Below, one piece after another: positions 29,801 to 39,649 of a DNA stretch of 64,000 nt (position 1 is its first letter; each line of letters opens with the position of its first letter). The position numbers and the translations under genes were made by a program. The notes beneath the pieces were generated by a model. The model saw nothing but the letters and a program-made list of their open reading frames with translations, did no database searches and was not told the DNA's origin. This DNA comes from a virus (Duplodnaviria > Caudoviricetes): IMG/VR virus record IMGVR_UViG_3300037295_000333, positions 13,537-77,536 of that record. One strand, given 5' to 3'.

Positions 29801-30039
29801 ATTGCTTTTAATTCTTTTTCCGTTGCACCTCTTCCTTCGAGAGTTCGCCTTTCATTTTCTAAGGCATCAATTGTTTTTTTTGAAAGTGCATTTTGAAGTT
29901 CAACTGCTTTATTTTTAGCAATTATCCTTTCCTCTAGTGTTTTAGTTCCATTACTAGCAATGGAATTCAATTGCACTATACTTCGTTGAGCCTGATTAGT
30001 ATCAATTTCAACTGTTGTTTTAATTAAATTGTCTGCCAT
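26899..30039 (-). CDS. tail tape measure protein (TP901-type core)
   Basis: ATRFTASEIV, LGKLGFS, LADNGIKGSMAGTSLR, long coiled coils. Confidence 0.93.
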   Translation of the reverse strand: MADNLIKTTVEIDTNQAQRSIVQLNSIASNGTKTLEERIIAKNKAVELQNALSKKTIDALENERRTLEGRGATEKELKAIFDKLNKAKLDSLKVSEAGIKVEDRLNSSLKKETSASITLNSAYNKLTNARSESKRKLLDLISSENASTDAIKKAQKEFDTLDTKVRKADRAVGDFSKSSKGISGTIGSLTSGVKNLVGAFGLVAGISLFANVLKGAYNTIKDFDKVSADLAATLGTNREGIKGLTDNAKELGATTRFTASEIVGLQKELGKLGFSEPEILASTKAISTLASAVDTDLANAALIAGQTLRAFNLDASQMGRVVDVMAKSFTSSALDITTFKESMKFVAPVANALNVPIEQTTALLGVLADNGIKGSMAGTSLRRIFSEITKTGKPFNEGLREIAKNGISVTDSMDEVGRTASTSLLVLGKNIPKIEALGIALNEAGGAAQKMADEQLNSLSGQTTLMSSAFDGLILSLNNGDGALSKFFTGTVQIITEALNTLTKFNATFSDLRNIAAGESLKADTQIYLGLDPKRTKAIAEENKKIAIEETNTLNKRLKESTKIFEELDKLKLSNLKRSNRQDRAQAKEDIDKINKDLGVRRGRIQAANAALKSLQPKSGGVVGGDSGLDEKEIAANEKAMAKRDAAQKKAEAERKRAQDEKIKAAKLEFDNQSKIDEMDIQRRKSLGENTDKLQIDLLERRKNNELQNDELTEIGKAEIRGRYQVLEDEVKANRLQRESDSKIALEEKDLQDRQANGENVLALQLDFLERQRQAEVFKKDLTESEKALIDIKYHDLAEQAQLDSDQKELEAKRLKGENTFALELQQLIDKQTRDFTFLDAKKIKELENTELTESQKNDIINKYATARGEIVAVSEKSIGDIRTKEANRQMDKAAELFGIQREVAIAQAIMNAPTAISNIWSAKSPYPFPLSVAFKAAETATTIIPIIKGLADIKKVRFPSRKSGGGGAGGGSISSAATSVATAGVSSIAANNAARLGIDPSIGSNANANAANNARGGMSQGIVFSESRYNDFKTQVAFKENKTKI

Positions 30040-30066
30040 TGCTTTGTAATTTTATTTTTAATTTAT

Positions 30067-30591
30067 TTAATAAATCGTATTGTCTATATAAAAAGTAGTA
30101 AAGCGTATTCCAAAAAATGTAGCGTCTGCTTGTGTGTCGTTATTTGTATTAGGAATAGAAAAAGGAGAAGCTTGTATTGTTAAAGTATCTATTCCATAGT
30201 AAATAATGGTTTTATCGCTATTTTTCCAGCTAATGGTTATTCCTTGTCCAGAAGTTCTCCCCCCATCTAATGGATATTGACCGTTAATTATGTTAGCTGT
30301 ATCACCTACTGTATATCCTGCAAAACCTGAAGTCTTACAATACAATTCTGCTGTAGTTGAAAGTATGGTTACATCTTGGGTAGATAAAAAATCACTACTT
30401 ACCGATGAACGGGTGTCATTTGACCAAGTGGTTTTTACAACAACTTTTACTTGAATTACACTAGGGTTAAATGTTTTTATAGAACCATCCGCCATCAAAT
30501 ATTGACTAGAAGTACCACCTTTTTTTATCAAAGAGTCAGCAGTTACTGTTCCATCTACTTCTAAATCTGCTTTAATTTTTTGTTTTGCCAT
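30067..30591 (-). CDS. tail fibre-associated protein
   Basis: KKGGTSSQYLMADGS motif typical of Bacteroidota phage fibres. Confidence 0.6.
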   Translation of the reverse strand: MAKQKIKADLEVDGTVTADSLIKKGGTSSQYLMADGSIKTFNPSVIQVKVVVKTTWSNDTRSSVSSDFLSTQDVTILSTTAELYCKTSGFAGYTVGDTANIINGQYPLDGGRTSGQGITISWKNSDKTIIYYGIDTLTIQASPFSIPNTNNDTQADATFFGIRFTTFYIDNTIY

Positions 30592-33086
30592 TATCCTATG
30601 ATTATAAATTTAACTGAATTAGCAACAATTGGTGTATTTACGTTAAAAGTCACTAAATTATTTGTCATAATTACTTCACATAAAAAAACGCTATTATCGC
30701 TTACAAATTTTGAAGTTGCTATTACATCAGTTCCAAAAGTATGAGCTATCGCAAAAGTAGAAACGAGAGAAGTACTTGATGAAATAGATACAAGTTTGCC
30801 TGTAAAACTACTTGGATTAGTTGATGAATAAAAGTCAGTACTATTAAATCCATCTAGTAAATCAGCATTTAAGTTGTTTACTTTAGTAGTTGATGTCACA
30901 ACTAATGGTGATGTCCCTTGTGGTATAGTAGAAGTTAATACTGTAACAGCAGCAGCAGCTGGAGTATTTGCTCCTAATGTACCGTTTAGTACATTTGCGC
31001 CTGTCATTGTTTTTGCCCCTGTAATTGTTTGCGCTCCCGCTAATTTTACAACATCAGTATCATTAGATTTTGTGTCTAATTGTCCTTTAGTAACTAAATG
31101 GGTAGCTACTGTTCCGTCTGCCGATGAAACTGTACCGCTAAACTTACCATTACCCACTACGTCAAGTTTTTCTGTTGGAATTTTTTGATTTATCCCTAAG
31201 TTACCTTGATTGGATAATTGCATTAAATTAGTCCAGTTTATATCATTACTTCCATTGTTAAGAGAATGGTCAAAAGAAAAACCTGCATTACCGCCTGCTC
31301 CAGTTCCTGAACCTAATATTCTAACGGCAGATATTGAATCTGTTCTTGAATGCTTCCAAGATCCATTACTGGATCTGTATGCATTGTGTGCTGAATAAAA
31401 TCCATAATCTTGATTTCCGAAAGTAGGAGAACCAATTCCTGATGCTCCAAAGTGAGCGTCTCCTGTAGAACCTTGCTGTCCTATACTTATTTTAGCAACA
31501 TTTTGATTAACTAACATATCTCCATTTGATACGTGAAGTTTTTCTGTTGGGTTGGCTTGGCTTATACCTACATTGCCGTTAGCTAATTCAGTAATACCAC
31601 TATCCCCTACAACACCACTTGCTGTAAATTTAGCTATTTTATTTGTCGTCCCTGAACCTGAAACTTTAGTGTTTATTTGCCCTTGCAACTTCCCACTTGC
31701 AATTAAAACAGTATCCGCAGCAACTATAGGAGTAGCAGTTGCTGTGCTTAATCCTGTTAATGGAGTCGCTCTAACTCTAACATCTGTATAATATAAATTA
31801 CTACCCTCTGGTACTACAGTTGTATTTAAAGTCTGAAAAGTTTTATCACCTCTAAAATACTGAGAAGTTGTACCTGCGGTAATGCCCCCTTCTTTATTGT
31901 TTAGTTGCGCTTGAACTTTTCCAAAAGCAACTAAAATACTATCTGCTGAAGTTATCGTAGAATTTGCACCTACAACAAATCCAACTAAAAGAGTACTTAA
32001 TACATCTGGTATATTTTTATTAATTACAACCCAATGCGCTCTAGTTGTAGGAGAATCTTGTCTTGCTATAAGTAAATCACCTGCTTCAACTGCTTCTGTA
32101 AAGAAATCTCCAGCAGCACTAACTGCATAAGTCCAGCCTCTTTTAATACCAGTAGCAAAAGGTGTTGAATCTAATTTAGGAGTATCCGTACTTGCATCAT
32201 ATCCATCTTGAAAAACTAACGCTCCATAGCTTAATACTAATGAATCTACATAGGATTTAGTCGCTTTTTGAGATGCTATTTTTTCATCTGAATTTTCAGC
32301 TAAACTAGCACTTAAACTTAGAAAAGAAGCTGTAATTACACTTTGTGTAGTCAATACTGCATTGTTAACTTTAACTTTATCTGCAGCATTTAATAAACCA
32401 GCTTCTGTAATAGAAGCTTCTGGAATAGTAACTCCAGTACCGTTGCTATTTGTTACAGGAAAAGTTGTTGCCGTTCTTGTTCCTGCTGCTAAATTAGTAG
32501 CTACATTTTGTTGAGCATTGGTAGCTACCGTATCGAGTTTAGTCTTGTCTTCACTACTCATTACACCATCAGTAGATGTAGTTGCTTTTTTTAAAGTCAA
32601 TTGTTGTCCTAATAAACTAGCAGCTTGTGCCGTTGTATCAACAACTGCATCCAAAGTAACTGCAGCGTGTAAGCCAGATCTTTCTCCAGTTGTTATAATT
32701 GAACCTGAACCTAAATCTAAAACTCCACCTAACTTTGTTTTTTCTGCTGGAGATAAAAGTCCTGCTTTATTTGTTCCAGATACAAGTGTTGCTAAAGGTA
32801 TAGTTGCATTGTTGCCTGTACTAGAAGTTACTGAACCGTTAGTTTCTGAGGCTATATAATCTAAGTTTGTAATACCACTAGATCCTAAGTCCACCCATTC
32901 TCCAAAGGGAGCAGATGCAGGTACTGGATCATATGCTTTCCAGACATAAAGTGTTTTGTCCGCTGTGTCCCAATATATTTGACCATCTTTAGGGTTATTT
33001 GGTGCTACCGCTAAATTCTGAACCACTGCGTTCAATAGTTGATTTTTTGTTAAATCTAAATCAACTAAGTATTTTATTGCTGCCAT
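30591..33086 (-). CDS. tail fibre / receptor-binding protein
   Basis: GQIYWDT, AGLLSPAEKTKL, GNVGISQANPTEKLHV repeats, VTKGQLD, NADLLDG. Confidence 0.85.
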   Translation of the reverse strand: MAAIKYLVDLDLTKNQLLNAVVQNLAVAPNNPKDGQIYWDTADKTLYVWKAYDPVPASAPFGEWVDLGSSGITNLDYIASETNGSVTSSTGNNATIPLATLVSGTNKAGLLSPAEKTKLGGVLDLGSGSIITTGERSGLHAAVTLDAVVDTTAQAASLLGQQLTLKKATTSTDGVMSSEDKTKLDTVATNAQQNVATNLAAGTRTATTFPVTNSNGTGVTIPEASITEAGLLNAADKVKVNNAVLTTQSVITASFLSLSASLAENSDEKIASQKATKSYVDSLVLSYGALVFQDGYDASTDTPKLDSTPFATGIKRGWTYAVSAAGDFFTEAVEAGDLLIARQDSPTTRAHWVVINKNIPDVLSTLLVGFVVGANSTITSADSILVAFGKVQAQLNNKEGGITAGTTSQYFRGDKTFQTLNTTVVPEGSNLYYTDVRVRATPLTGLSTATATPIVAADTVLIASGKLQGQINTKVSGSGTTNKIAKFTASGVVGDSGITELANGNVGISQANPTEKLHVSNGDMLVNQNVAKISIGQQGSTGDAHFGASGIGSPTFGNQDYGFYSAHNAYRSSNGSWKHSRTDSISAVRILGSGTGAGGNAGFSFDHSLNNGSNDINWTNLMQLSNQGNLGINQKIPTEKLDVVGNGKFSGTVSSADGTVATHLVTKGQLDTKSNDTDVVKLAGAQTITGAKTMTGANVLNGTLGANTPAAAAVTVLTSTIPQGTSPLVVTSTTKVNNLNADLLDGFNSTDFYSSTNPSSFTGKLVSISSSTSLVSTFAIAHTFGTDVIATSKFVSDNSVFLCEVIMTNNLVTFNVNTPIVANSVKFIIIG

Positions 33087-33100
33087 TTTTTTTATTTTTA

Positions 33101-33745
33101 TTAGTTAAAATATGCATATCCGCTAAATGATGCTTTAAATGTTATTGTCACCTGATTGTTATTTATATAGTTAACTTGTCCTATCACATGACTATCTGCT
33201 GTATCTACAACTGTTACAGATGGCTTTTTATCTAGATTATGAGTTATACTCCAAACTGATGATGCGTTGGTTTGATTATAAATAAAATTCTTATCTTGTT
33301 TTATTTTACTTAAAGCTTCATTAATTGTATCTACAGTAGGATATTTATCTCCACTCCCATCTACATCTAAACTATCTTGTTTATTTGATTTACTTTCTTT
33401 TAAGTCTAATTGAGCTTTATTTACTAAATGATTTGGAGATGTTGCTTCAGATGCGGAAACCGTACCATTAAATTGCCCAATTGCTCCGCTTCCATTGTCA
33501 GAAACTTCTCCAAAGAATAACTTTGTTCCTTGTGTAAAAATCGGAGAATCTACTAATCCTGATGGTGAAGTATATGGAACCTTTCCATCTGTAAGGTTTG
33601 AAGGACGAACAAGATTAATTTTTCGTGCCTTAAAACTTGAACCTTCTGAGTCTTGATCTGTATTTGTTGGATCAACAATATGTATCCAAGCTGTGTTTGG
33701 TACTGTTGTTATTTCGGTTAATTCTGTTAATTTTTCTTTTGCCAT
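33101..33745 (-). CDS. minor tail/fibre protein
   Basis: KESKSNKQDSL...KYPTV, C-terminal WSITHNLDKKPSVTVVD domain. Confidence 0.7.
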   Translation of the reverse strand: MAKEKLTELTEITTVPNTAWIHIVDPTNTDQDSEGSSFKARKINLVRPSNLTDGKVPYTSPSGLVDSPIFTQGTKLFFGEVSDNGSGAIGQFNGTVSASEATSPNHLVNKAQLDLKESKSNKQDSLDVDGSGDKYPTVDTINEALSKIKQDKNFIYNQTNASSVWSITHNLDKKPSVTVVDTADSHVIGQVNYINNNQVTITFKASFSGYAYFN

Positions 33746-33757
33746 TTTATTTTTTTA

Positions 33758-36004
33758 TTAATTATTAAATAAATAATCATTACCTTGTTGAAACGTGTAA
33801 TCGTTTTGATTTTGAAATATATATGTATTATCTCCAAAGATATATTGATTTATAATTAATTTTATTAGTTTTACTCTTACGTTTGTTTCAGAGTCTACAT
33901 ATTCCTGAATTGATTCGATTATATAAAATCCACCAAGACTTTCTACGTAAATTGGTTCAGCCAATTCAACATTTTTAACAACCTCAATGGGAAGTAAAAA
34001 AGAAGCTTCAGACCTTACTGATTCATCAATTATATTATACCAATCTTTCATTCCACTAGGAATTATCAAACCATTTACATTTGAAACTGCAGGCAATGAT
34101 GATATTGTGCCTTGACTTGCTTGACTTGCTCTTATTTGAGCCAATCCTGTAATTGATCCCGTAACTTCTACTAATCCCAAACCTTTATTTGTATATTCAA
34201 AATAAGGCGAATTTGTGTTGGCTACATAGTCAATTGCTTCAACATCCTTAAATAATTTAGAAAAGTTTTGAGTAAAATCTTTATACTTGCTGTCTGAACC
34301 CTGATTTGTCAACTGATAAACTGCGGAGTTTCCCTTAAATGGGTCAGACAATGCAATTTCGTTATTTTTTGCATAATCTTGTCCGTAGTCCGTGTTATAT
34401 AGCGGACTTATATATTGCAAGTGATACTTTGTCCAATCTTGATAATTTCCTTCGGTTTTTCTAGTTTCATATGAACCGTATGAGAACAGTTTAATTGTTT
34501 TTGTTGGTGTAACTACCCCATTAATTAATATGTTACTCAAACCTATACTTATTAAAATTCCCTCCCTATCCATTATTGCAGATAATACATTTTTAATTGT
34601 ATCTCTAGGTGCTGCATGGGTTAAATTTATATCATTTGATTCATATTGATTAAATTCATCGTAAGAAATTGCCCCTTTAGGTAAAAACTCATCTTCAAAA
34701 ATCATATTTGAAATGAATACATCTTGTTGATTTTTAAAGTCATCAGAATTTTGATCTACAACCATTGCAACTCCAAACAATCTATCGGCTCCAGACGGAA
34801 CAACACTTAATTGCGATTTACTAGATTTTACAATAAACAGTGTACCATCATCTATCACTTCTTTGGTCATTACACTTTGTATAAAAGGGTCTCCAGCGGT
34901 CGTTGGATACCACAATGAAATTACGTATGGGTCTAACATAAAGTCAGTATAATTACATTTCCAAGTTAAACTCCCAAACGCTATATTACTTAAATTAGGA
35001 ACTACGATCATTTTATCGGTTACCTTGTAATTTTTAGTTTCACTTGCACCTATATTTAAATTAAAATTAGGTGGTGGATTTAAATCATTTGGAAAAAACG
35101 CATTAGCTTCATCTGGATAAACAAAAGATGTGTTATATCTATAATCAAAAGGATCTAAATCATTTTGAATAAAATTGTGAGAAGTATTTTCTACTACAGG
35201 GGTATATATTTTCTTAACTAGAAAATTATCATTTTGACTTTGAAATAAATCTTTGTCAATCATGTAAGTATTTTCTAATTTTGCCCAATCTATTGAGTTA
35301 TCATAATATGGTGTATATCCATATGACTCTATGGCAATATCAAATAATGCCTTTACATTAAAAATTGGTCTTGATTGATAAGGATTAAACGAATCATCAA
35401 GTCTAAGGTCATTTTCTCTAGTGCCATCTAATTTAAGCGCACCCTGACTTATTTGAAACTTATCGCCTATTGCATTCAAATTATTTGGATACTTTGCTAT
35501 TCCATAAGTTTTTCCTGATATATTTGTAAGTGCAGGAAGAACTGTTGTCTTTGACATTTTATATTCAGTCATTTCTAAAATTGCATCTTTATAAATTTGT
35601 GGAGTTTCTGGTAAGTCTGCATTTAGTAAATCAAAATAACTTGAAGTTCCCCATTTTTCTACAATATCCAGTGCTTCATCAATAAAATTTACATTAATTT
35701 CTCCCATTTCTGTGTTATTAATTAACAAAAATCCAGATTGAAAAAGCTTATCTTTTATTAAATATTTTGCTACGTATTTTATATTAAACGCCTTTGCTAA
35801 TTCTTTTTTGTTAAAAACATTAATTCCCAGTGCATCTATATTTTGTTTAACATATGGTAATGTAAAAGTGTTTGTGTGCTGTAATTGTCTACCAGAAATG
35901 CTTCCTATAGAATTAATAATTGCATTATATTTCACATCATTTTGTTCACTTAAAATTAATTCTTTCCAAAAACCATCTTTTAAAATTTCTATTCTTGTAT
36001 TCAT
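33758..36004 (-). CDS. putative tail tip/hub protein
   Basis: 748 aa, TNTFTLP N-terminal motif, tail module context. Confidence 0.6.
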   Translation of the reverse strand: MNTRIEILKDGFWKELILSEQNDVKYNAIINSIGSISGRQLQHTNTFTLPYVKQNIDALGINVFNKKELAKAFNIKYVAKYLIKDKLFQSGFLLINNTEMGEINVNFIDEALDIVEKWGTSSYFDLLNADLPETPQIYKDAILEMTEYKMSKTTVLPALTNISGKTYGIAKYPNNLNAIGDKFQISQGALKLDGTRENDLRLDDSFNPYQSRPIFNVKALFDIAIESYGYTPYYDNSIDWAKLENTYMIDKDLFQSQNDNFLVKKIYTPVVENTSHNFIQNDLDPFDYRYNTSFVYPDEANAFFPNDLNPPPNFNLNIGASETKNYKVTDKMIVVPNLSNIAFGSLTWKCNYTDFMLDPYVISLWYPTTAGDPFIQSVMTKEVIDDGTLFIVKSSKSQLSVVPSGADRLFGVAMVVDQNSDDFKNQQDVFISNMIFEDEFLPKGAISYDEFNQYESNDINLTHAAPRDTIKNVLSAIMDREGILISIGLSNILINGVVTPTKTIKLFSYGSYETRKTEGNYQDWTKYHLQYISPLYNTDYGQDYAKNNEIALSDPFKGNSAVYQLTNQGSDSKYKDFTQNFSKLFKDVEAIDYVANTNSPYFEYTNKGLGLVEVTGSITGLAQIRASQASQGTISSLPAVSNVNGLIIPSGMKDWYNIIDESVRSEASFLLPIEVVKNVELAEPIYVESLGGFYIIESIQEYVDSETNVRVKLIKLIINQYIFGDNTYIFQNQNDYTFQQGNDYLFNN

Positions 36005-36007
36005 AGT

Positions 36008-37855
36008 TTATCTTGTTTGATGATTAGACATTGAAATGCTTGAAAGAGTTACTGAAAAATCTCCACCATTTGCAGTATTTTGAAGTGGTGTGGTAGCTGA
36101 TGAAAGTTTCATTACTTCAAGCCTTGATGTTCCATTTTCAGCATATAAAACTATTGGCGATGAATGTATGCCCATCATTGATTTCATTTCTAATAAATTT
36201 AAGTTTAAAGCTTTTAAGTCTAAACTGTATGAAGAGGAAACTGACGTATAGTTCAATGGCACGTATGTTTTACCTCCTAATTTATTTGTACTTTCGAATA
36301 AACCTCCTTGTATCATTCCATTTTCTGATCTTGAGTAATTCTTTTTACTCAAATCCATTCCCCAAAACATCCAGCCTGAAAATCTACTTTTAAAATAAAT
36401 GAACCCTCCACAAGACTCTTTACCATTTCCTAATATTTGCGTATTTTTTGGAGTTATTGTATTTGTTGACCCCAAAATAGTTGAAACTCCTTCAGGCGTT
36501 ATTTTTGAAACATTATTAGATGTAGCATTAGCTGTATAAATATTTCCACTTGTATCAATTGTTATACCTTGAGGGTTTGTTCCCGTTGTTCCCAAAATAG
36601 TTGAAACGCCTTCAGGCGTTATTTTTGAAACGTTATTTGAACTGATATTTGAAGTATAAATGTTATTTGAGCTATCAATTGTAATTGCTTGTGGCAAATC
36701 TCCAGTTGTTCCTAAAATAGTTGAAACGCCTTCAGGAGTTATTTTTGAAACGTTATTTGAATTATAATTGGCGGTATAAATGTTATTTGAGCTATCAACT
36801 GTAATTGCGGTTGGGTTTATTTCTGTATTTCCCAAAATAGTTGAAACTCCTTCAGGCGTTATTTTTGAAACGTTATTTGAATTATAATTGGCGGTATAAA
36901 TGTTATTTGAGATATCAATTGTAATTGCTTGTGGCAAATCTCCAGTTGTTCCTAAAATAGTTGAAACTCCTTCAGGCGTTATTTTTGAAACATTATTAGA
37001 TGTAGCATTAGCTGTATAAATATTTCCACTTGTATCAATTGTTATACCTTGAGGGTTTGTTCCCGTTGTTCCCAAAATAGTTGAAACGCCTTCAGGCGTT
37101 ATTTTTGAAACGTTATTATATGTAGCATTAGCTGTATAAATATTTCCACTTGTATCAATTGTTATACCTTGAGGGTTTGTTCCCGTTGTTCCCAAAATAG
37201 AAAAAAACTCACTTGGAGTTATTTTAGTTACGTTGTTCGAAACTGAATTTGAAGTGTAAATATTTCCATTTGTATCAATTGTTATACCTTGAGGACTTAA
37301 TCCTAAAAATGTATTACCATTTAAAAATGAAAGTTCCGTTTTTATTAATTTTGTATTAAATTTTAAAGCTAAGCTTTCAATGCTAATGCCATATAAATCA
37401 AATTCCGTTAAAGGTTGTGTTTTTTCTACTTTTGGAATAAAATCAATATATTCCCTTCCACCATTTAAAGGAAATTTTTGTATTGCAGTAGGATTTGAAG
37501 TAGTGTCAGTATATATTAGATACTTGTAGTAAAATTTTGATGTTGTTGTATTGCTTGCTAAAATGTCTGAAAAATCAGAAATTTTATAAATATCTGAATC
37601 ATGCAATTGTCTTGTAATTTCCATTAAGTCAAATGATACTGAAATTCCTGAATTAATATCAAAATCTGCATACTTCACTTGTGTACTATTTAATGTTTGA
37701 TTTTCCGCATTGTAAATCTCTATATCTATATACATTTTATTTGCTAGCAAATTGCTTTCAATGACATTAATTCTTAACGGCTCATATATATAACAGTAAG
37801 TTAATGTTGATGTTGCCTCTTGTCCTATTATTTCCGTGTTAATTGTTATTGCCAT
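36008..37855 (-). CDS. virion protein containing seven NHL-like beta-propeller blades
   Basis: 40-aa repeats PQGITIDTSGNIYTANATSNNVSKITPEGVSTILGTTGTN. Confidence 0.85.
   Translation of the reverse strand: MAITINTEIIGQEATSTLTYCYIYEPLRINVIESNLLANKMYIDIEIYNAENQTLNSTQVKYADFDINSGISVSFDLMEITRQLHDSDIYKISDFSDILASNTTTSKFYYKYLIYTDTTSNPTAIQKFPLNGGREYIDFIPKVEKTQPLTEFDLYGISIESLALKFNTKLIKTELSFLNGNTFLGLSPQGITIDTNGNIYTSNSVSNNVTKITPSEFFSILGTTGTNPQGITIDTSGNIYTANATYNNVSKITPEGVSTILGTTGTNPQGITIDTSGNIYTANATSNNVSKITPEGVSTILGTTGDLPQAITIDISNNIYTANYNSNNVSKITPEGVSTILGNTEINPTAITVDSSNNIYTANYNSNNVSKITPEGVSTILGTTGDLPQAITIDSSNNIYTSNISSNNVSKITPEGVSTILGTTGTNPQGITIDTSGNIYTANATSNNVSKITPEGVSTILGSTNTITPKNTQILGNGKESCGGFIYFKSRFSGWMFWGMDLSKKNYSRSENGMIQGGLFESTNKLGGKTYVPLNYTSVSSSYSLDLKALNLNLLEMKSMMGIHSSPIVLYAENGTSRLEVMKLSSATTPLQNTANGGDFSVTLSSISMSNHQTR
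36471..37310. repeat. 120-bp tandem repeat, 7 units
   Basis: TTGAAAC recurs at 36481, 36601, 36721, 36841, 36961 and 37081; units 36481-36600 and 36961-37080 read identical. Confidence 0.95.
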
Positions 37856-37867
37856 GTTTTTTAATTT

Positions 37868-38014
37868 TTATCCGAATTTTGAGCCAAAATTATTTAGCCA
37901 ATCTTTTCTTTTGTTACAGTTACATCCTTTTTCTTTTGCTATTTTTGCTAGTGTTGGTACAACGGTTTCAATTATCTTTTCTACCGTGTCACCTAGCTTC
38001 AATTTTTGTTTCAT
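37868..38014 (-). CDS. small conserved phage protein (48 aa)
   Basis: Hand-translated MKQKLKLGDTVEKIIETVVPTLAKIAKEKGCNCNKRKDWLNNFGSKFG; not in the ORF track. Confidence 0.75.
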   Translation of the reverse strand: MKQKLKLGDTVEKIIETVVPTLAKIAKEKGCNCNKRKDWLNNFGSKFG

Positions 38015-38029
38015 TTTTTATTATTTTAT

Positions 38030-38078
38030 TTGTTGAGGCAAGGGAATCGAACCCAATTTAAATTACCAAATACCCCAA
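38030..38078 (-). ncRNA. mini tRNA-like element (acceptor stem plus T arm only)
   Basis: TTGGGGTA-16 nt-GGGTTCGATTCCC-T-TGCCTCAA-CA. Confidence 0.6.
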
Positions 38079-38537
38079 TTATTTTGCATACTTTTTAAAG
38101 TCAAACAAATTTTCTTTAACCACTTTGTTGATTTCTTTTTGAATATTAATTTTTACAGAATCTCCTAGTTTTTTATTAAATTGTAAAAAGTTTTCTGCAA
38201 TAGCTTCTTCCAGTGCATTTGGTGCATTTTTTACAAAGTTTTTTGTACCCTTTTTCCCTATACTGGCTTGAATTGCAAATGCAGTTCCTCGTTCACTTAG
38301 TCCTTCAAATTTTATATTCTCTTTTTTTACAAATTGTAATATATTGTCAAAGGGAGGTCTCTTTCCTGGTCCACGACCATATACCGCAAACTGAATGTGA
38401 GATGGTGTTAATAATATTACCTTACTTTCACTTACAACTATTTTACCTTTGTTTGAAGTTTTTTTGTCTAAAATTGCAGTAGTCATTTGTAAAAATTCTT
38501 TTGCAATTTCTATAAATCCTATATCTATCCTAGCCAT
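38079..38537 (-). CDS. putative head-tail joining/neck protein
   Basis: GRGPGKRPPF...FAIQASIGKKGT pattern; context. Confidence 0.55.
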   Translation of the reverse strand: MARIDIGFIEIAKEFLQMTTAILDKKTSNKGKIVVSESKVILLTPSHIQFAVYGRGPGKRPPFDNILQFVKKENIKFEGLSERGTAFAIQASIGKKGTKNFVKNAPNALEEAIAENFLQFNKKLGDSVKINIQKEINKVVKENLFDFKKYAK

Positions 38538-38538
38538 A

Positions 38539-38991
38539 TTAACAGTTTACCGTATTGGAAATTTCAGTATTCATAGTCCATTTACATAAAACTCCACTAT
38601 GCTTACCTGCCCCATGAGCAGGAACTAACTTATAACTTGCATTTGTAATTGAAGGTGAAGTACTTCTTTGAAAAGGAATTAATTTATCATAAAGTTTTTG
38701 TAAAAACAATTGAAATAAACTTCCCATTTGTTGACTTGCAAGTTCTAAATCATTTTTTTTCATACTCTCTGCTTTTTTAACTAGCAATGCCGTAATTACT
38801 GAAGATGGATTTTCTAAAAATCCATTTGAATCAAAGCTTAAAACAGTATCAATGTCCCAAGAAATTAGAAAAACTGGAGAATCTTCCTCTCTAGTTAGTG
38901 CATTTAATTGCGTTTCAATTCTTTCATAACTATTTGTAAAGACTGCACTTACACCTACTTCTAGTGCAGCCTCTTTAATTAATTCTATCAT
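38539..38991 (-). CDS. putative tail terminator/completion protein
   Basis: Size and position in the tail module. Confidence 0.45.
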   Translation of the reverse strand: MIELIKEAALEVGVSAVFTNSYERIETQLNALTREEDSPVFLISWDIDTVLSFDSNGFLENPSSVITALLVKKAESMKKNDLELASQQMGSLFQLFLQKLYDKLIPFQRSTSPSITNASYKLVPAHGAGKHSGVLCKWTMNTEISNTVNC

Positions 38992-38995
38992 ATAA

Positions 38996-39649
38996 TCATT
39001 TTATTTGATTTACTGTAGATGCGGTTAAAAATCCTAAAAAGAATATAGCAACTTTGGATTCATACCATTTTACATCTTCCTTTCTTTCATAATACTTTCC
39101 ACCTACAACAGTAACATTTTTATTTGAATGAACCTCATCTAGTGTATAGGTCTTTTTGCCTAAAAACCACTTTCTCTTCATTCCTTCAATTCTATATACC
39201 GTATCGACTATTTTAAAATCTTTTAATACAAAATCTTTTTCCGTACTTTTGTAACTAAATGAATAATCTTTATTAATTACTTCTCCAGTTACTTTAAATG
39301 GAATTTTTATTGTATCTTTGTACTTTATGACAATTGAGTCGTATTTTGTTTCTTGTATACTTTCACTAAAAGTATTTACTTTTTCAAACTTATTTCTAAG
39401 CAGTTTAAGGCTTGAATTTTTTTCATCTATAAGTTTGTTAAGTTCTTTAACTTTTAGTTCAGCACGTGCCATAGATGCTACTTGAGTACCATCTTTTAAC
39501 TCATACTTTACTAATTCAATTTTAGCATTATTTATTTTTAGATTTGCATTTTTAGCTAAACTATTTTGAATATAAATTATTGCACAAAGAGAGAGTAAAA
39601 CTAATAGTAAAATAAATTTTTTTTTAATCCAATTTTGAACGTCTTTCAT
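38996..39649 (-). CDS. Rz/spanin-like membrane protein
   Basis: N-terminal TM, coiled coil, C-terminal hydrophobic tail; adjacent to the endolysin; start moved to MKDVQ at 39649. Confidence 0.55.
   Translation of the reverse strand: MKDVQNWIKKKFILLLVLLSLCAIIYIQNSLAKNANLKINNAKIELVKYELKDGTQVASMARAELKVKELNKLIDEKNSSLKLLRNKFEKVNTFSESIQETKYDSIVIKYKDTIKIPFKVTGEVINKDYSFSYKSTEKDFVLKDFKIVDTVYRIEGMKRKWFLGKKTYTLDEVHSNKNVTVVGGKYYERKEDVKWYESKVAIFFLGFLTASTVNQIK

Noticed and set aside
36471-37310. CRISPR array
   Set aside because: Repeats are contiguous 120-bp in-frame coding units without unique spacers; no cas genes
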